Sequence record: SRR31156797_8480
Length of the DNA stretch: 40,246 nucleotides
Strand: one strand, 5' to 3'
In this document: one piece after another, positions 19,943 through 30,033 of the stretch
How the letters are laid out: every line of letters starts with the position of its first letter
How positions within the stretch are numbered: position 1 is the stretch's first letter
Position numbers and translations under genes: made by a program
Notes under the pieces: model-generated
The model's database searches: none
The model's input: the letters and a program-made list of their open reading frames with translations, nothing else
What the model was told of the DNA's origin: nothing

Positions 19943-20802
19943 GCGAAAGTCTGATCTCTACTGTGCCTGCTATGCCTATCAGTGAAGATGAAACACTTTA
20001 TCTGTTAGTTGACGGTTCAAAGATTGAAGAATTGGCTAGGAAGTTATACGGCATTAATGGTGAACTAGATCTAGAAGCGATTTATCTGTTTGATCCTTAC
20101 CTTGAGCTAAAGCCAGTTTCTCCTTATCTAATTCAGGTAACAGATTCAGTAAAGCAGTGGTTTCTAAATCTAAATCAACCCACGCTGGGATTCTTTTTTT
20201 CCTCGCCTTTGGTTCTTCGTCGAGTAGCAGAAAAGTTAAGAACCTTAATTAAAGCAGAATCTCCTTATGGTTCGTCGATATTCGTAAAATTCGCAAACAG
20301 TGAGTGTGCCCATGTACTGCTCTGCACCCACTGTCCACATTTATGGCAAGCGATGAACAAAGCGTGGCTGCCAACCAGATTTGGCTGGCAATACCTCACT
20401 AAACCCGAGCTATTACCTCAAGTTAGCGAAGAACCGCATAAGTTCAATGACGAGCAATGGAAGCTTATGGGAAAAATTGTTTGGCGCAACACTTTGGAAA
20501 AAATAGAAACGCATATGCTTCGATGGTTTCCAGAAAAGCACCGTTTATATTTCTCAGAGCCATACCAGCTTGAAGATCAAGCAAGTGCTGCTTATCAACT
20601 TGGTTTTAACTGCGAGCGCGACCTGTTGCTGTTTTTTAACGTGATTGGTTTTCTAGGGCTTCAGGTTATTACGTCAGACAAAGAATACCCAGAAATTCAC
20701 CAACTCATTCACCAAAGCTCTCAGCAAACCCCTTCACAACGTATTGAACAAGCGGCTGAATTAGCCTTTCAGTACTCACAATCTCAGGAGAAACAATCAT
20801 GA
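19939..20802 (+). CDS. DUF4123 T6SS effector adaptor/chaperone (VasW/Tap-1-like)
   Basis: LYLLVDG..., SPYLIQ, GFFFSS pattern; ATGA overlaps with both vgrG and the effector. Confidence 0.85.
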   Translation: MSESLISTVPAMPISEDETLYLLVDGSKIEELARKLYGINGELDLEAIYLFDPYLELKPVSPYLIQVTDSVKQWFLNLNQPTLGFFFSSPLVLRRVAEKLRTLIKAESPYGSSIFVKFANSECAHVLLCTHCPHLWQAMNKAWLPTRFGWQYLTKPELLPQVSEEPHKFNDEQWKLMGKIVWRNTLEKIETHMLRWFPEKHRLYFSEPYQLEDQASAAYQLGFNCERDLLLFFNVIGFLGLQVITSDKEYPEIHQLIHQSSQQTPSQRIEQAAELAFQYSQSQEKQS

Positions 20803-23800
20803 GCAATGCCAATGACGGTGCAAAGACAGCTTCGACAGAGGATTCTCAAAGTGCTGTAGGAACTTGTTCGTTGAAGAAAAATAAGCTGCAGCTTATTCCT
20901 GTTAGATATGGGTTGGTTGAGTTTAAGCCTTCGCATCCGGCTATATCTAGTCGGTTAGGGTCAAAAGTGTCTTTCAGACCTGTTGGTGTTAGGCCAATAG
21001 AAAGCGGATATCTATACGTCATACATAGCCAGCGAAACGATATTATTTACGTTTATCAGATCTCGGAAAAAGGTGAATTAAAGAAACTTGAACAGCAGTA
21101 CCTCCAAGAAGATTCTGGCGATCAGGAATACGTATACATTGAATCGCAAACAGGGCTAGTTGTAGAAAGAAGTGGCAACATCGAGGTCTTATTTAGTCCG
21201 ACAAAAATTTCGCCAAAACTTCAATCACACCTGTTGAGGTCAGAGTCGTTGCGTTCGAAGATGATGCAAAGTTGCAATCTGACAGAGTTTGATTGTTTAA
21301 ATGGTAGCAAGCACTTATTACCTACCAGCGCATTAAAACAAAATTTAGCGGATTGTGAACCAAGTAAAAGTGATTATGAGGAGCCGTTTCAGTGGTGTTG
21401 GCTTGAGGAAAAGCCAGAATATTATCATGCAAGTGCCTTGTTAAGCCAAGTGAAAACTGAATATAAGCAAGACTCAGCAGTATTGATTCTAGAAGACCCT
21501 ATGGGAATTATGACGGAATTATCGAGTTGTGATATCAGCATTAATAACATGGAAGTAGAATGGTTTGAGCAAGATAATAACCGGGCTAAATATTTTGCTG
21601 CCTCTCAAATCAAATTACTTATCGAAATTGGAGAGCAACAATTCAATGCAAACACCAATAATGAAAAGCTTAAACAATATATATCAACCCATGAGCAAGA
21701 GCTAAAAGAGCGATTTACTTCTTATCAGCAAGCTAAAAAATCGTATTGGGATCTGGTTGCAGACAAAACAAACACTCCGCACTCTCGTTATTCTTTGTCT
21801 CTGGATAGTATTCAGTCATCTCCGGAATTTGAAAATTATCAGCAACAACGTGTGTTAAACAATCAAATGGCTCAGGACATTGGCATTACTCAGACCGAGC
21901 TAGAATCCTTTTTCCATCAGGTTAAGAAAGATAACGATAAGCGCGTTGAAGGTGAATTTGGCGGTTGGCTAGGTGACAGAGGGATTCTCGCTCGTATCGA
22001 ATACGATGAGATGGAAAATTGGTATCGTGATGCTCAAAGCAACATTAACCAATGGCGTAAGCAGACAGATATGATCGAGAATGACCGAGTAGCGGCTCTG
22101 CCCTTTGCCTATGATGTCATCCCTGTTTTTGACAAAGAAAATAAAGACGCTTTCGTTGCCCGTCTACTCCGTGAAAATCATTGGTTGGAAAACTTAGCTG
22201 AAGATGAAGAGAATAAGAAAAAGGTTCGTGACTTTTTCTATACGTCCTTGGGTGAACAAAATTTACATACTTATGTGAGTAATAGTGAACATATTGGAAC
22301 CATAGAAATGAAGCATAAAGACTGGAAAGAGTGGGTACAATATATCCCTCCAGTCGTAGGTATTAAAGACGGTATTAATGACAGCTTAAATGGCTTATCG
22401 GGTCTGCGTGAGTTTCAGGACCTGCTTCAGGGGCTGCACTTGATTGAGTTCGATGATGTTCCAGATGAAGTAAAAACACAGCTCAATCGCTTTGGGTCGA
22501 AATTATCGAGTTTCGCACTGGATGAGCTTAATGAGTTAGCAAACAACTTGAATACTGCCCAAGCAAAAGCCAACTCTCTCATTTATCAGGCCAGACCGGG
22601 GATTATCGCCACACTGCTTGTGCACAAAAAGAACGCTAATGTGATTTTTGATTTGGGTGATAATGCGGATATTGAGCACTTTAATCAGCATTTTTCGACA
22701 CTGGAGCGCATTCGAGCGCAAGCCGAAGAGCTGTTATGCAAACATAATAATGTAGAAGTGGATTCCAAAGGTTTTACTAAAGCGCAGAAAGATGCTTTGC
22801 GAGCGGATTACAGGCGTCAAATAAAACTGTTAACGGAAGAGTCACAGCAAACCTTGATGGCGTTAGCTGCCAGTTCAGAGCCGGTGGCCAAAGCGGGGCA
22901 AGCCCACCTGCCTTCTCACATTACAGTTAAGGCTTCAGGGGCTACTGCCGATGATATCAACGACCTGTTGTCATTAAGGCGCAAAGTGCTCACCAATGAA
23001 CTGTTATACGGTGTCTCTGAAGGTAAACGCATAAAAGGGGCTGTGGGTAACGGTAGTGTCGCATTGGTAGTTTTTGCTTTTAATGCCTGGAACTGGGGTA
23101 ATACTCAGCAGACATATGCACAAAAATCCGCTTTAACTCTTACTGACCGTGCTGACTATTTTTCATCCTTTACCAGCTTTTTGTCGGCAGGCACATCAGT
23201 TGCAGTTGAAGTGTTAAAAGTGAAAGCCAGGTTGGATTGGATTAAGCTGGCGACTGAGGCCAATGAATTAGCTATTGGTAGAGTGGTGACGACTGGTACG
23301 GCGTCCGTATTTTTATTGACCACAGCTTCAAGTTTGGCTGATATGGTTAAACAATCACAAAGAATTGGCCAGAGTTGGCGCCAAGGTGATGTCTCGCCAC
23401 TGTTAGCCGCGTCTACTACGATGGTCGGCGATGGGCTGCAAACTTGGCATGCTGGCAAAGTGGCGTTTAAAGGAATGGGATTAGCGATGTCTGCTGCACA
23501 AGGGCAAATAACCTGGACAGTAGCGGCAGAGCAAACCTTCGGATTGGTGGCTAGGGCAAATCCTTGGCTGTTAACCGCCTCAGCATTAATCCTGCTGGGT
23601 GAAGTGGGGTATAACTTTTTACAGTCGACCCCATTGATGAACTGGATCAGCCAATCCTCGTGGGGCAAAGACGGTATTTGGTTTTGGCACAATAAGCAAG
23701 ACTGGGACTATGATATGCAGTTTACCCAGTGGCTGGAGGTCACTCAGGCCCCTATTGTTAGGGTTAACACCGAGCCTTATGAGGACCATATAGCGTTTGG

Positions 23801-24266
23801 CAGTGGCAGTTGGGGGAAATCTGTTACTGGTCATAGACTAAAAATATTACGTATTGTCGTTCCAATGGCGGCACCAACTCAGGTTAGATTAGCCGGTTAT
23901 GTACGCACATCATCCAGTAAGGAGCCAAGCAATCGTACCGCAGATCTAATAAAGTACAGCCGCGTCACCTATGACGGTATCAAAACCATCTATGAATTTG
24001 ATTGGCCGCAGGATTTCAAGCGCCAGCAAAATCTACGCTACCTGGATTTAATGGTGGAAGTCACCACTATTTACGGCACCAAGTTGTTTGTTGAACAAGG
24101 GGGCGCACGATTTACTTTGGATTTACATAACTTAGGCAGTCAGGACGTCCGAGACTGGTATGATATTGATTTACTAGAAGAAGATGAGGTTCAATCGGTT
24201 AAGCAAAGTCAGTTGTCTTCTTCGCTAACGTCAATCGTTAACAAAACAGAGGCAGAGCATGAGTAA
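20799..24266 (+). CDS. vasX: T6SS effector, MIX/VasX-like N-terminus with hydrophobic putative pore-forming C-terminal region
   Basis: IPVRYG...RPIESGYLYV (MIX-type motif), LEDPMG, cluster of hydrophobic helices at about aa 750-945; located after vgrG-DUF4123. The symbol indicates family similarity only. Confidence 0.78.
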   Translation: MSNANDGAKTASTEDSQSAVGTCSLKKNKLQLIPVRYGLVEFKPSHPAISSRLGSKVSFRPVGVRPIESGYLYVIHSQRNDIIYVYQISEKGELKKLEQQYLQEDSGDQEYVYIESQTGLVVERSGNIEVLFSPTKISPKLQSHLLRSESLRSKMMQSCNLTEFDCLNGSKHLLPTSALKQNLADCEPSKSDYEEPFQWCWLEEKPEYYHASALLSQVKTEYKQDSAVLILEDPMGIMTELSSCDISINNMEVEWFEQDNNRAKYFAASQIKLLIEIGEQQFNANTNNEKLKQYISTHEQELKERFTSYQQAKKSYWDLVADKTNTPHSRYSLSLDSIQSSPEFENYQQQRVLNNQMAQDIGITQTELESFFHQVKKDNDKRVEGEFGGWLGDRGILARIEYDEMENWYRDAQSNINQWRKQTDMIENDRVAALPFAYDVIPVFDKENKDAFVARLLRENHWLENLAEDEENKKKVRDFFYTSLGEQNLHTYVSNSEHIGTIEMKHKDWKEWVQYIPPVVGIKDGINDSLNGLSGLREFQDLLQGLHLIEFDDVPDEVKTQLNRFGSKLSSFALDELNELANNLNTAQAKANSLIYQARPGIIATLLVHKKNANVIFDLGDNADIEHFNQHFSTLERIRAQAEELLCKHNNVEVDSKGFTKAQKDALRADYRRQIKLLTEESQQTLMALAASSEPVAKAGQAHLPSHITVKASGATADDINDLLSLRRKVLTNELLYGVSEGKRIKGAVGNGSVALVVFAFNAWNWGNTQQTYAQKSALTLTDRADYFSSFTSFLSAGTSVAVEVLKVKARLDWIKLATEANELAIGRVVTTGTASVFLLTTASSLADMVKQSQRIGQSWRQGDVSPLLAASTTMVGDGLQTWHAGKVAFKGMGLAMSAAQGQITWTVAAEQTFGLVARANPWLLTASALILLGEVGYNFLQSTPLMNWISQSSWGKDGIWFWHNKQDWDYDMQFTQWLEVTQAPIVRVNTEPYEDHIAFGSGSWGKSVTGHRLKILRIVVPMAAPTQVRLAGYVRTSSSKEPSNRTADLIKYSRVTYDGIKTIYEFDWPQDFKRQQNLRYLDLMVEVTTIYGTKLFVEQGGARFTLDLHNLGSQDVRDWYDIDLLEEDEVQSVKQSQLSSSLTSIVNKTEAEHE

Positions 24267-25347
24267 CTCTTTATTTCCATTTGTTGCTGGGCAGCGAACC
24301 GACAAATTATTCGGTTCTAGTCATGTGCTTAGCCCCCTGCCAGTAAAAACCCTGTTACCCAGAGCCAAACAGTGCGATCAGTTAATCAAAAAAACTGACC
24401 ATTATATTGATTTGGGTGGTGCAGGCGGGATGATTCTACAAACTCAAATGATGTGGATTGCTTTCCTAATCGGTTTTTTCTCGTTCCTTTGGTTCTTTAT
24501 CCCCTTAGGTGGTTTTTATGGTATATATCAAGAAGGTATAAAGGAAGTGTTTATAAACGGAGAGTGGCAACAACAATTTTCAATATATGATTTTTTCATG
24601 GCTATATTCATAACATTCGGCCCACTAAGCGCAATGCTGTTTATTGACTATAAGGTGGCAGTTTCTGCCAGAGCCATGCTCTCTCAAACCATCCCCTGTC
24701 GTTTTCATCGCCAGCGCCGTGAAGTGCTGTTTTCACGCTGGAATCAAGATCTCAAAAAAACAGAAACCCGCGCTGTACCGTGGGAAAAGGTGTGCGTGAT
24801 GGTGGGGCAAGGAGCATCCGCCACAACGGGTGGAGTGGTTTCTTCCGCTTCGCTGGTGATAGCGGTTAATGATGAAGAGAACTATGGTAACTTCTGGTCA
24901 GCACTGTGGATAGGGGCGATTGATAAATTTCACGCAGCCTCTATCTGGGAGATGATTCGTACCTTTATGGAAGACGGCGCTGACGCTATTGGTGAACCCG
25001 CCCCACTAACGTTAGACGGCATTATTGAACAGCACTGTCAGGCTCATAAAATTAAGCGAGAAGAATTCAGTGATACGACCAAATTCTGGTGGTACATCAA
25101 CGGCACCATGTTGGGTATTTGGCGTGTGAACTATGAAATGCGCAAACTCAATCAACGCACCGAAGCCTTTACTGAGGTAGAAGAGTGGAGCAAACCACTG
25201 CCAGAAAGTGAATGGAAACAGCCGAGTGCTCAGCTCAAACATGTGAACGATATGCTGGCTCGTAATGAATACGCTCAAGGGCATACCATTTTTTCGATTG
25301 GTGACGCGTGCGCTAGCTATATGCAAGAAGATGTGATCCCTGCATAG
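24259..25347 (+). CDS. Cognate T6SS immunity protein (inner-membrane, DUF6708/TsiV2-like)
   Basis: Overlaps the effector stop by 8 bp; two N-proximal TM segments, PCRFHRQRREV and WEMIRTFME motifs. Confidence 0.72.
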   Translation: MSNSLFPFVAGQRTDKLFGSSHVLSPLPVKTLLPRAKQCDQLIKKTDHYIDLGGAGGMILQTQMMWIAFLIGFFSFLWFFIPLGGFYGIYQEGIKEVFINGEWQQQFSIYDFFMAIFITFGPLSAMLFIDYKVAVSARAMLSQTIPCRFHRQRREVLFSRWNQDLKKTETRAVPWEKVCVMVGQGASATTGGVVSSASLVIAVNDEENYGNFWSALWIGAIDKFHAASIWEMIRTFMEDGADAIGEPAPLTLDGIIEQHCQAHKIKREEFSDTTKFWWYINGTMLGIWRVNYEMRKLNQRTEAFTEVEEWSKPLPESEWKQPSAQLKHVNDMLARNEYAQGHTIFSIGDACASYMQEDVIPA

Positions 25348-25372
25348 ATAATATTTGTCACTATATTGAAGT

Positions 25373-25411
25373 AAAAAAATCCCCAAGCCAAACAGCTTGG
25401 GGATTTTTTTT
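25373..25411. terminator. Bidirectional terminator closing the T6SS cluster and hslJ
   Basis: A7-TCCCCAAGC-CAAACA-GCTTGGGGA-T8. Confidence 0.9.
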
Positions 25412-25440
25412 ACTAGCCAACGTAGTTTTTAGTATAAGTT

Positions 25441-25887
25441 TTAGTTCATGTAGTCACGTAATGTGTACGACAGAGTATGAACATCATTTTTCAGGGTTAA
25501 TGTGTCTTTAGTTAGCGTAATGTCGCTCCACTCTTGTAGCGTTTGAGAAACTGCTTGTTCAGTTTCCATCACATCACCAATACACATCTTCATGGTTTTA
25601 CCCATTTTTTCAATACGGAACTTATTGTCTTTCAGTTCAGCTTGGCCGAAGAAGTTGTTACAACCAGCGTTGCCGTTAGCAATCATCTTTTCGCCAATTT
25701 CTAGGTTTGGAGTTTTTAAGCGGTCGTTCTTCACTACATCTTTGCCATCAACTTGAACCAATTCCCAGTTGTGGTGCTGAAGGTCTTGAGCGGTAATTTG
25801 CACCGTTTCATCTCCAGTACTTTGACATGCTGTTAAAATTACAGGTAGCGTCACTGCTGCGAGTAGTGATTTTGAAATCAACTTCAT
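25441..25887 (-). CDS. hslJ: META-domain lipoprotein HslJ
   Basis: Lipobox LTAC, LQHHNWEL, GNAGCNNFFG, TMKMC; start at ATG 25887. Confidence 0.85.
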   Translation of the reverse strand: MKLISKSLLAAVTLPVILTACQSTGDETVQITAQDLQHHNWELVQVDGKDVVKNDRLKTPNLEIGEKMIANGNAGCNNFFGQAELKDNKFRIEKMGKTMKMCIGDVMETEQAVSQTLQEWSDITLTKDTLTLKNDVHTLSYTLRDYMN

Positions 25888-26043
25888 TTTATTCGCTCCG
25901 AATGTGGAAATTGCGCACAGTATAGTCAATAAAACACTGTTTTTGTCAGCGTTTGGTTATAGATTGCGTTGTTGTTCAAATTGATTGATGTTTTTACTAT
26001 TGTAAATCATCATCTTACCAACTTTGTGCGCAGATTATCGAAC

Positions 26044-27045
26044 TTATATCGCTTTGACGCTTTTTCGTACTGACAGAGTAGGCTCAAGCTGGATAACTTC
26101 GGGCTGATCGCTCTCTTTATCGATTTTTTTCAGCAGAGTTTTGACTGCGGCTTCACCTAAACGGTACTTAGGCTGGTGGATAGTTGTAAGGGCAGGGGAC
26201 ATGAACTTTGAAATATGAATGTCATCATAGCCAACGATAGATAAGTCTTCAGGGATTTTTACGTTGTTCTCATTAGCGGCGTTAATAACGCCCATTGCCA
26301 TCATGTCATTACTCACAAATAGCGCGGTTGGCAGGGTGCCTTTTTTCTTAAGCTTATTGAAGGAATCATAACCGCCTTGGCATTCAAAATCGGACTCAAT
26401 AACCCAGTCGGGGTTGATATCGAGTCGTGACTCGCGCAAGGCACGTTTGTAGCCTTCATAGCGCATTTGCGCTTGATGGTGATTGAGTGGGCCAGTGATA
26501 CAGCCAATTTGTGTGTGGCCATTTTCAATCAAGTGTTTTGTAGCAATGTAACCACCCAATAGCGAATTATCTTGAATTTTGTCGCTGGAGAACAGCATTG
26601 GGCCCCAATCCATAACAACGACTGGAATATCTGGGTAGCGTTCAAATTCGTCGATACGTTCACCGACAAGGGTAGAACACATGAGGATGATGCCATCAAC
26701 GCGCTTTTGCAACAGCGTATTGATTGAGGACTTCATTCGTTCATGATCACCTTCGGTGTTACATAAAATGAGATTGTAGCCTTGTTGATAACAGTTGCGT
26801 TCAACACCCTTAACGACTTCGCCAAAAAACGGGTTGGTTGATGTTGTCATCAACATACCAATGGTTTTGGTTCGATTCATTTTAAGGCTGCGAGCGAGAG
26901 CGGAAGGCGCGTAATTGAGTTCTTGAGCTGCTTTGTTCACCCGTTCCGCGATTTCATCACTCACAAAACGGGTTTTATTGATTACATGGCTAACGGTGGA
27001 AGTGGAGACTCCTGCGAGCTTAGCGAGGTCTTTCATTGTTGCCAT
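26044..27045 (-). CDS. rbsR: Ribose operon repressor (LacI family)
   Basis: AGVSTSTVSHVIN HTH, TTSTNPFFGEVVKGVE; last gene of the rbs operon. Confidence 0.93.
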   Translation of the reverse strand: MATMKDLAKLAGVSTSTVSHVINKTRFVSDEIAERVNKAAQELNYAPSALARSLKMNRTKTIGMLMTTSTNPFFGEVVKGVERNCYQQGYNLILCNTEGDHERMKSSINTLLQKRVDGIILMCSTLVGERIDEFERYPDIPVVVMDWGPMLFSSDKIQDNSLLGGYIATKHLIENGHTQIGCITGPLNHHQAQMRYEGYKRALRESRLDINPDWVIESDFECQGGYDSFNKLKKKGTLPTALFVSNDMMAMGVINAANENNVKIPEDLSIVGYDDIHISKFMSPALTTIHQPKYRLGEAAVKTLLKKIDKESDQPEVIQLEPTLSVRKSVKAI

Positions 27046-27072
27046 GTAACTACATCCTTTAGTTATTACTGT

Positions 27073-27999
27073 TTAGCTTGATGGTTGCTCAGCTAAAAAT
27101 GCATCAACCTCTTCACGTTGTGGGATTGATGTTTGCGCGCCGAATCGAGTAACGGAAATTGCAGCGGCGGCATGAGCAAACTTGATTGCTGATTCTAAAG
27201 GCATTTCCTCCAACAAACCAGTGACGAACGCCCCATTAAAAGTATCGCCTGCGGCTGTGGTGTCGGTAGCCTTAACTCTGAAACCAGGAACGATAGTGCC
27301 TTTACCTTGCTGGCTTAACCAAACCCCCTTTGCGCCAAGAGTGATCATCACGGTTTCGATACCTTTTGCGTGTAACGCGTCGGCTGCTTGTTGCGCGGAA
27401 CTGTCGTCAGTGACGATAATACCTGTCAACACTTCCGCTTCGGTTTCATTGGGGGTGATGATATCCACACAATTTAGCAGCTCGTCAGGTAGTTCTCTTG
27501 CGGGAGCAGGGTTCAAAATAACATTGGTTTGTGCACTTTTTGCAATTTCAGCCGCTTTGATAATTCCATCCAGTGGCGTTTCGAGTTGCATCAGTAGATA
27601 TTGAGCTTCTCGAATTTGTTCTAGGTTTGGTTCTATTGCTTCTGCGGTTAACTTTGCATTGGCTTCTGCTGATATACAGATCGTGTTTTCACCCGTTTCA
27701 GAGACCTGAATCATCGCAATGCCAGTTGGGCAGTTTGGTTGTAGTTTCACGCCAGCGATGTTGATGCCATCCACTTTGAAGCTTTCACGGATATTGATAC
27801 CGAACGGGTCGTCCCCAACACAGGCAATAAAACCGATATCGGCGTTCAGTCGAGCTGCAGCAACAGCTTGGTTCGCCCCTTTACCACCTGGGATTACCTG
27901 ATAATTACCACCATGGAGTGTTTCACCAGGGCGAGGAAAAGTCGGTACTTGAAGAACATGGTCTGCATTGACACTACCGAATACCACCAACTTATTCAT
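27073..27999 (-). CDS. rbsK: Ribokinase
   Basis: GSVNAD, GGKGANQA, DTTAAGDTFNG. Confidence 0.96.
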   Translation of the reverse strand: MNKLVVFGSVNADHVLQVPTFPRPGETLHGGNYQVIPGGKGANQAVAAARLNADIGFIACVGDDPFGINIRESFKVDGINIAGVKLQPNCPTGIAMIQVSETGENTICISAEANAKLTAEAIEPNLEQIREAQYLLMQLETPLDGIIKAAEIAKSAQTNVILNPAPARELPDELLNCVDIITPNETEAEVLTGIIVTDDSSAQQAADALHAKGIETVMITLGAKGVWLSQQGKGTIVPGFRVKATDTTAAGDTFNGAFVTGLLEEMPLESAIKFAHAAAAISVTRFGAQTSIPQREEVDAFLAEQPSS

Positions 28000-28073
28000 A
28001 GAGATTGTCCTTAGTGTGATAGGAAAAAAGAGAGGTTTAATGTCTTAGACAAAACACTAAAACTGTCGTTTTT

Positions 28074-28104
28074 CGCCCTCTCCAAATACAAGCAGGAGAG
28101 GGCG
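28074..28104. other. Stem-loop 3' of rbsB (mRNA stabiliser or partial terminator)
   Basis: CGCCCTCTCC/GGAGAGGGCG 10-bp stem with no U-tract in the rbs direction. Confidence 0.55.
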
Positions 28105-28111
28105 GAATTGA

Positions 28112-28990
28112 TTACTTAGTGATAACTTTTAGAGGTACTGGGATGTACTCTTCAACTTTTTCACCTTTTAGCACTTTGTCAGCTGTCTCAACGCCTAGGC
28201 CACCAATAAGATCAGGCTGTTGTGCAACTGTTGCTGCTAGTTGACCACGGTTTACCGCAGCGATGCCGTCGTCAGTACCGTCAAAGCCAACGATCATCAC
28301 GTCCTTACCAGAAGCTTTTACTGCGCGAAGTGCACCCAGTGCCATTTCATCGTTTTGTGCGAATACCGCTTCAACGTCAGGGTTTGCAGCAAGCAAGTTT
28401 TCCATTACGTTTAGGCCTTTAGTACGGTCAAAGTCAGCAGGTTGGCTTGCTAGAAGTTCCATGTCGCTTGATTTCACTGCGTTCATGAAGCCTTCACCGC
28501 GTTCACGTGCAGCAGAAGTGCCCGCGATACCTTCAAGTTGGATAACTTTTGCTTTTTCACCCACTTTTTCCATGATGTAGTGACCGGCCATTTCACCACC
28601 AACAATGTTGTCTGATGCAATGTGACTCACAACGTCGCCACGGCTTGCACCACGGTCTAGGGTTAGTACAGGGATTTTAGAGCGGTTAGCGATACGGATA
28701 GCATTTGATACAGCATCAGAATCAGTAGGGTTGATCAGGATTGCTTTCACGCCACGAACCGTAAGATCTTCCACGTTTGAAAGTTCTTTACTTGGGTCGT
28801 TTTGTGAATCTAAAACGATTAAGTTATAGCCTAGCTCTTTTGCTTTTGCTTCCGCACCATCTTTCATCGTAACGAAGAATGGGTTGTTAAGCGTAGATAC
28901 TACGATTGCCATAGTGTCAGCCGCTTGAGCAGAAACAGAAACCGTTGTTGATAACAGCGCTGCTGAGATCAGAGTTGCTAGTTTTTTCAT
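28112..28990 (-). CDS. rbsB: Ribose ABC transporter periplasmic binding protein
   Basis: Signal peptide, [30 protein letters not shown]. Confidence 0.96.
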   Translation of the reverse strand: MKKLATLISAALLSTTVSVSAQAADTMAIVVSTLNNPFFVTMKDGAEAKAKELGYNLIVLDSQNDPSKELSNVEDLTVRGVKAILINPTDSDAVSNAIRIANRSKIPVLTLDRGASRGDVVSHIASDNIVGGEMAGHYIMEKVGEKAKVIQLEGIAGTSAARERGEGFMNAVKSSDMELLASQPADFDRTKGLNVMENLLAANPDVEAVFAQNDEMALGALRAVKASGKDVMIVGFDGTDDGIAAVNRGQLAATVAQQPDLIGGLGVETADKVLKGEKVEEYIPVPLKVITK

Positions 28991-29049
28991 TTTATAGTCC
29001 TTATATGCTGGGGGCGGCCTAACCTAAGTTAGGCCTGTTGTTTCACTAG

Positions 29050-30033
29050 TTATTTGTTTTTATTGTCTACAAGTACTGCAAGCAGGATTACCACTGCTTT
29101 CGCAATCATTTGGTAGTAAGAAGACACATCAAGTAGGTTCAATGCGTTGTTTAGGAAACCGATAATCAAAGCACCAATCAGAGTGCCCATAATTTTACCG
29201 CGACCACCGAGTAAGCTGGTGCCACCTAATACCACAGCAGCGATAGCATCCAGCTCATAACCCATACCTGCGGTAGGTTGTGCTGAAGAAAGGCGAGAGG
29301 TCACGATGATGCCAGCAAGTGCTGCTAGCACACCACAGATTGAGTAAACACCGATTTTTACTTTATCGACGTTAATGCCTGATAGACGAGTTGCTGATTC
29401 GTTACCGCCTGAAGCGTAGACGTAGCGACCAAAGCGCGTGTGGTTAAGCAGATACCAAACCGCAGCGAATACGATAGCCATCAGCCATACAGGCACTGGG
29501 ATACCTAGCATGTAGCCAGTACCGAACCATGCAAATGCGTCTGCTGTATCTGTAAAACCAGTAGAGATTGGACGACCGTCGGTATAAACCATGGTTACGC
29601 CACGAAGCAGTGTCATAGTCACCAGAGTGGCGATAAAGGCCTGAACCTTACCTTTGGCGATAATAAAGCCACTTAAAGCACCGAGTACAGCTCCTGCAAA
29701 TAGAGCGGTTGGCACTGCAATTAATACCGGCACTTCAATCGCAATTAAGCTGGCTGCGAAAGCACCACAAAGAGCGAGAACAGAGCCGACGCTCAGGTCG
29801 ATACCACCAGTGAGGATAACCAGAGTCATACCTACGGCAATAATTGCGTTAACCGAAGTTTGACGAAGAATATTCATCAGGTTATCGACGGTAAAAAAGT
29901 TCGGGTTTAGGAAAGAAACGATAACGATCAGAACTAATAGAGCAATCAGTGATTTTTGTTCGATCAACCACTCTTTGCTCAGCAGTTTCTTCTCGCTGAC
30001 TGGGTTCGCTTTATTCATTGTATTTGTACTCAT
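29050..30033 (-). CDS. rbsC: Ribose ABC transporter permease
   Basis: [25 protein letters not shown]. Confidence 0.96.
   Translation of the reverse strand: MSTNTMNKANPVSEKKLLSKEWLIEQKSLIALLVLIVIVSFLNPNFFTVDNLMNILRQTSVNAIIAVGMTLVILTGGIDLSVGSVLALCGAFAASLIAIEVPVLIAVPTALFAGAVLGALSGFIIAKGKVQAFIATLVTMTLLRGVTMVYTDGRPISTGFTDTADAFAWFGTGYMLGIPVPVWLMAIVFAAVWYLLNHTRFGRYVYASGGNESATRLSGINVDKVKIGVYSICGVLAALAGIIVTSRLSSAQPTAGMGYELDAIAAVVLGGTSLLGGRGKIMGTLIGALIIGFLNNALNLLDVSSYYQMIAKAVVILLAVLVDNKNK

Noticed and set aside
23156-23692. 178-aa antisense ORF inside the effector
   Set aside because: Explained by the codon-register mirror of an Ala/Gly/Val-rich region; no independent support as an internal antitoxin
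17239-25440. Integrase, att sites or target duplications flanking the T6SS cluster
   Set aside because: No integrase, transposase or flanking direct repeats were visible, so it cannot be called a self-mobile island
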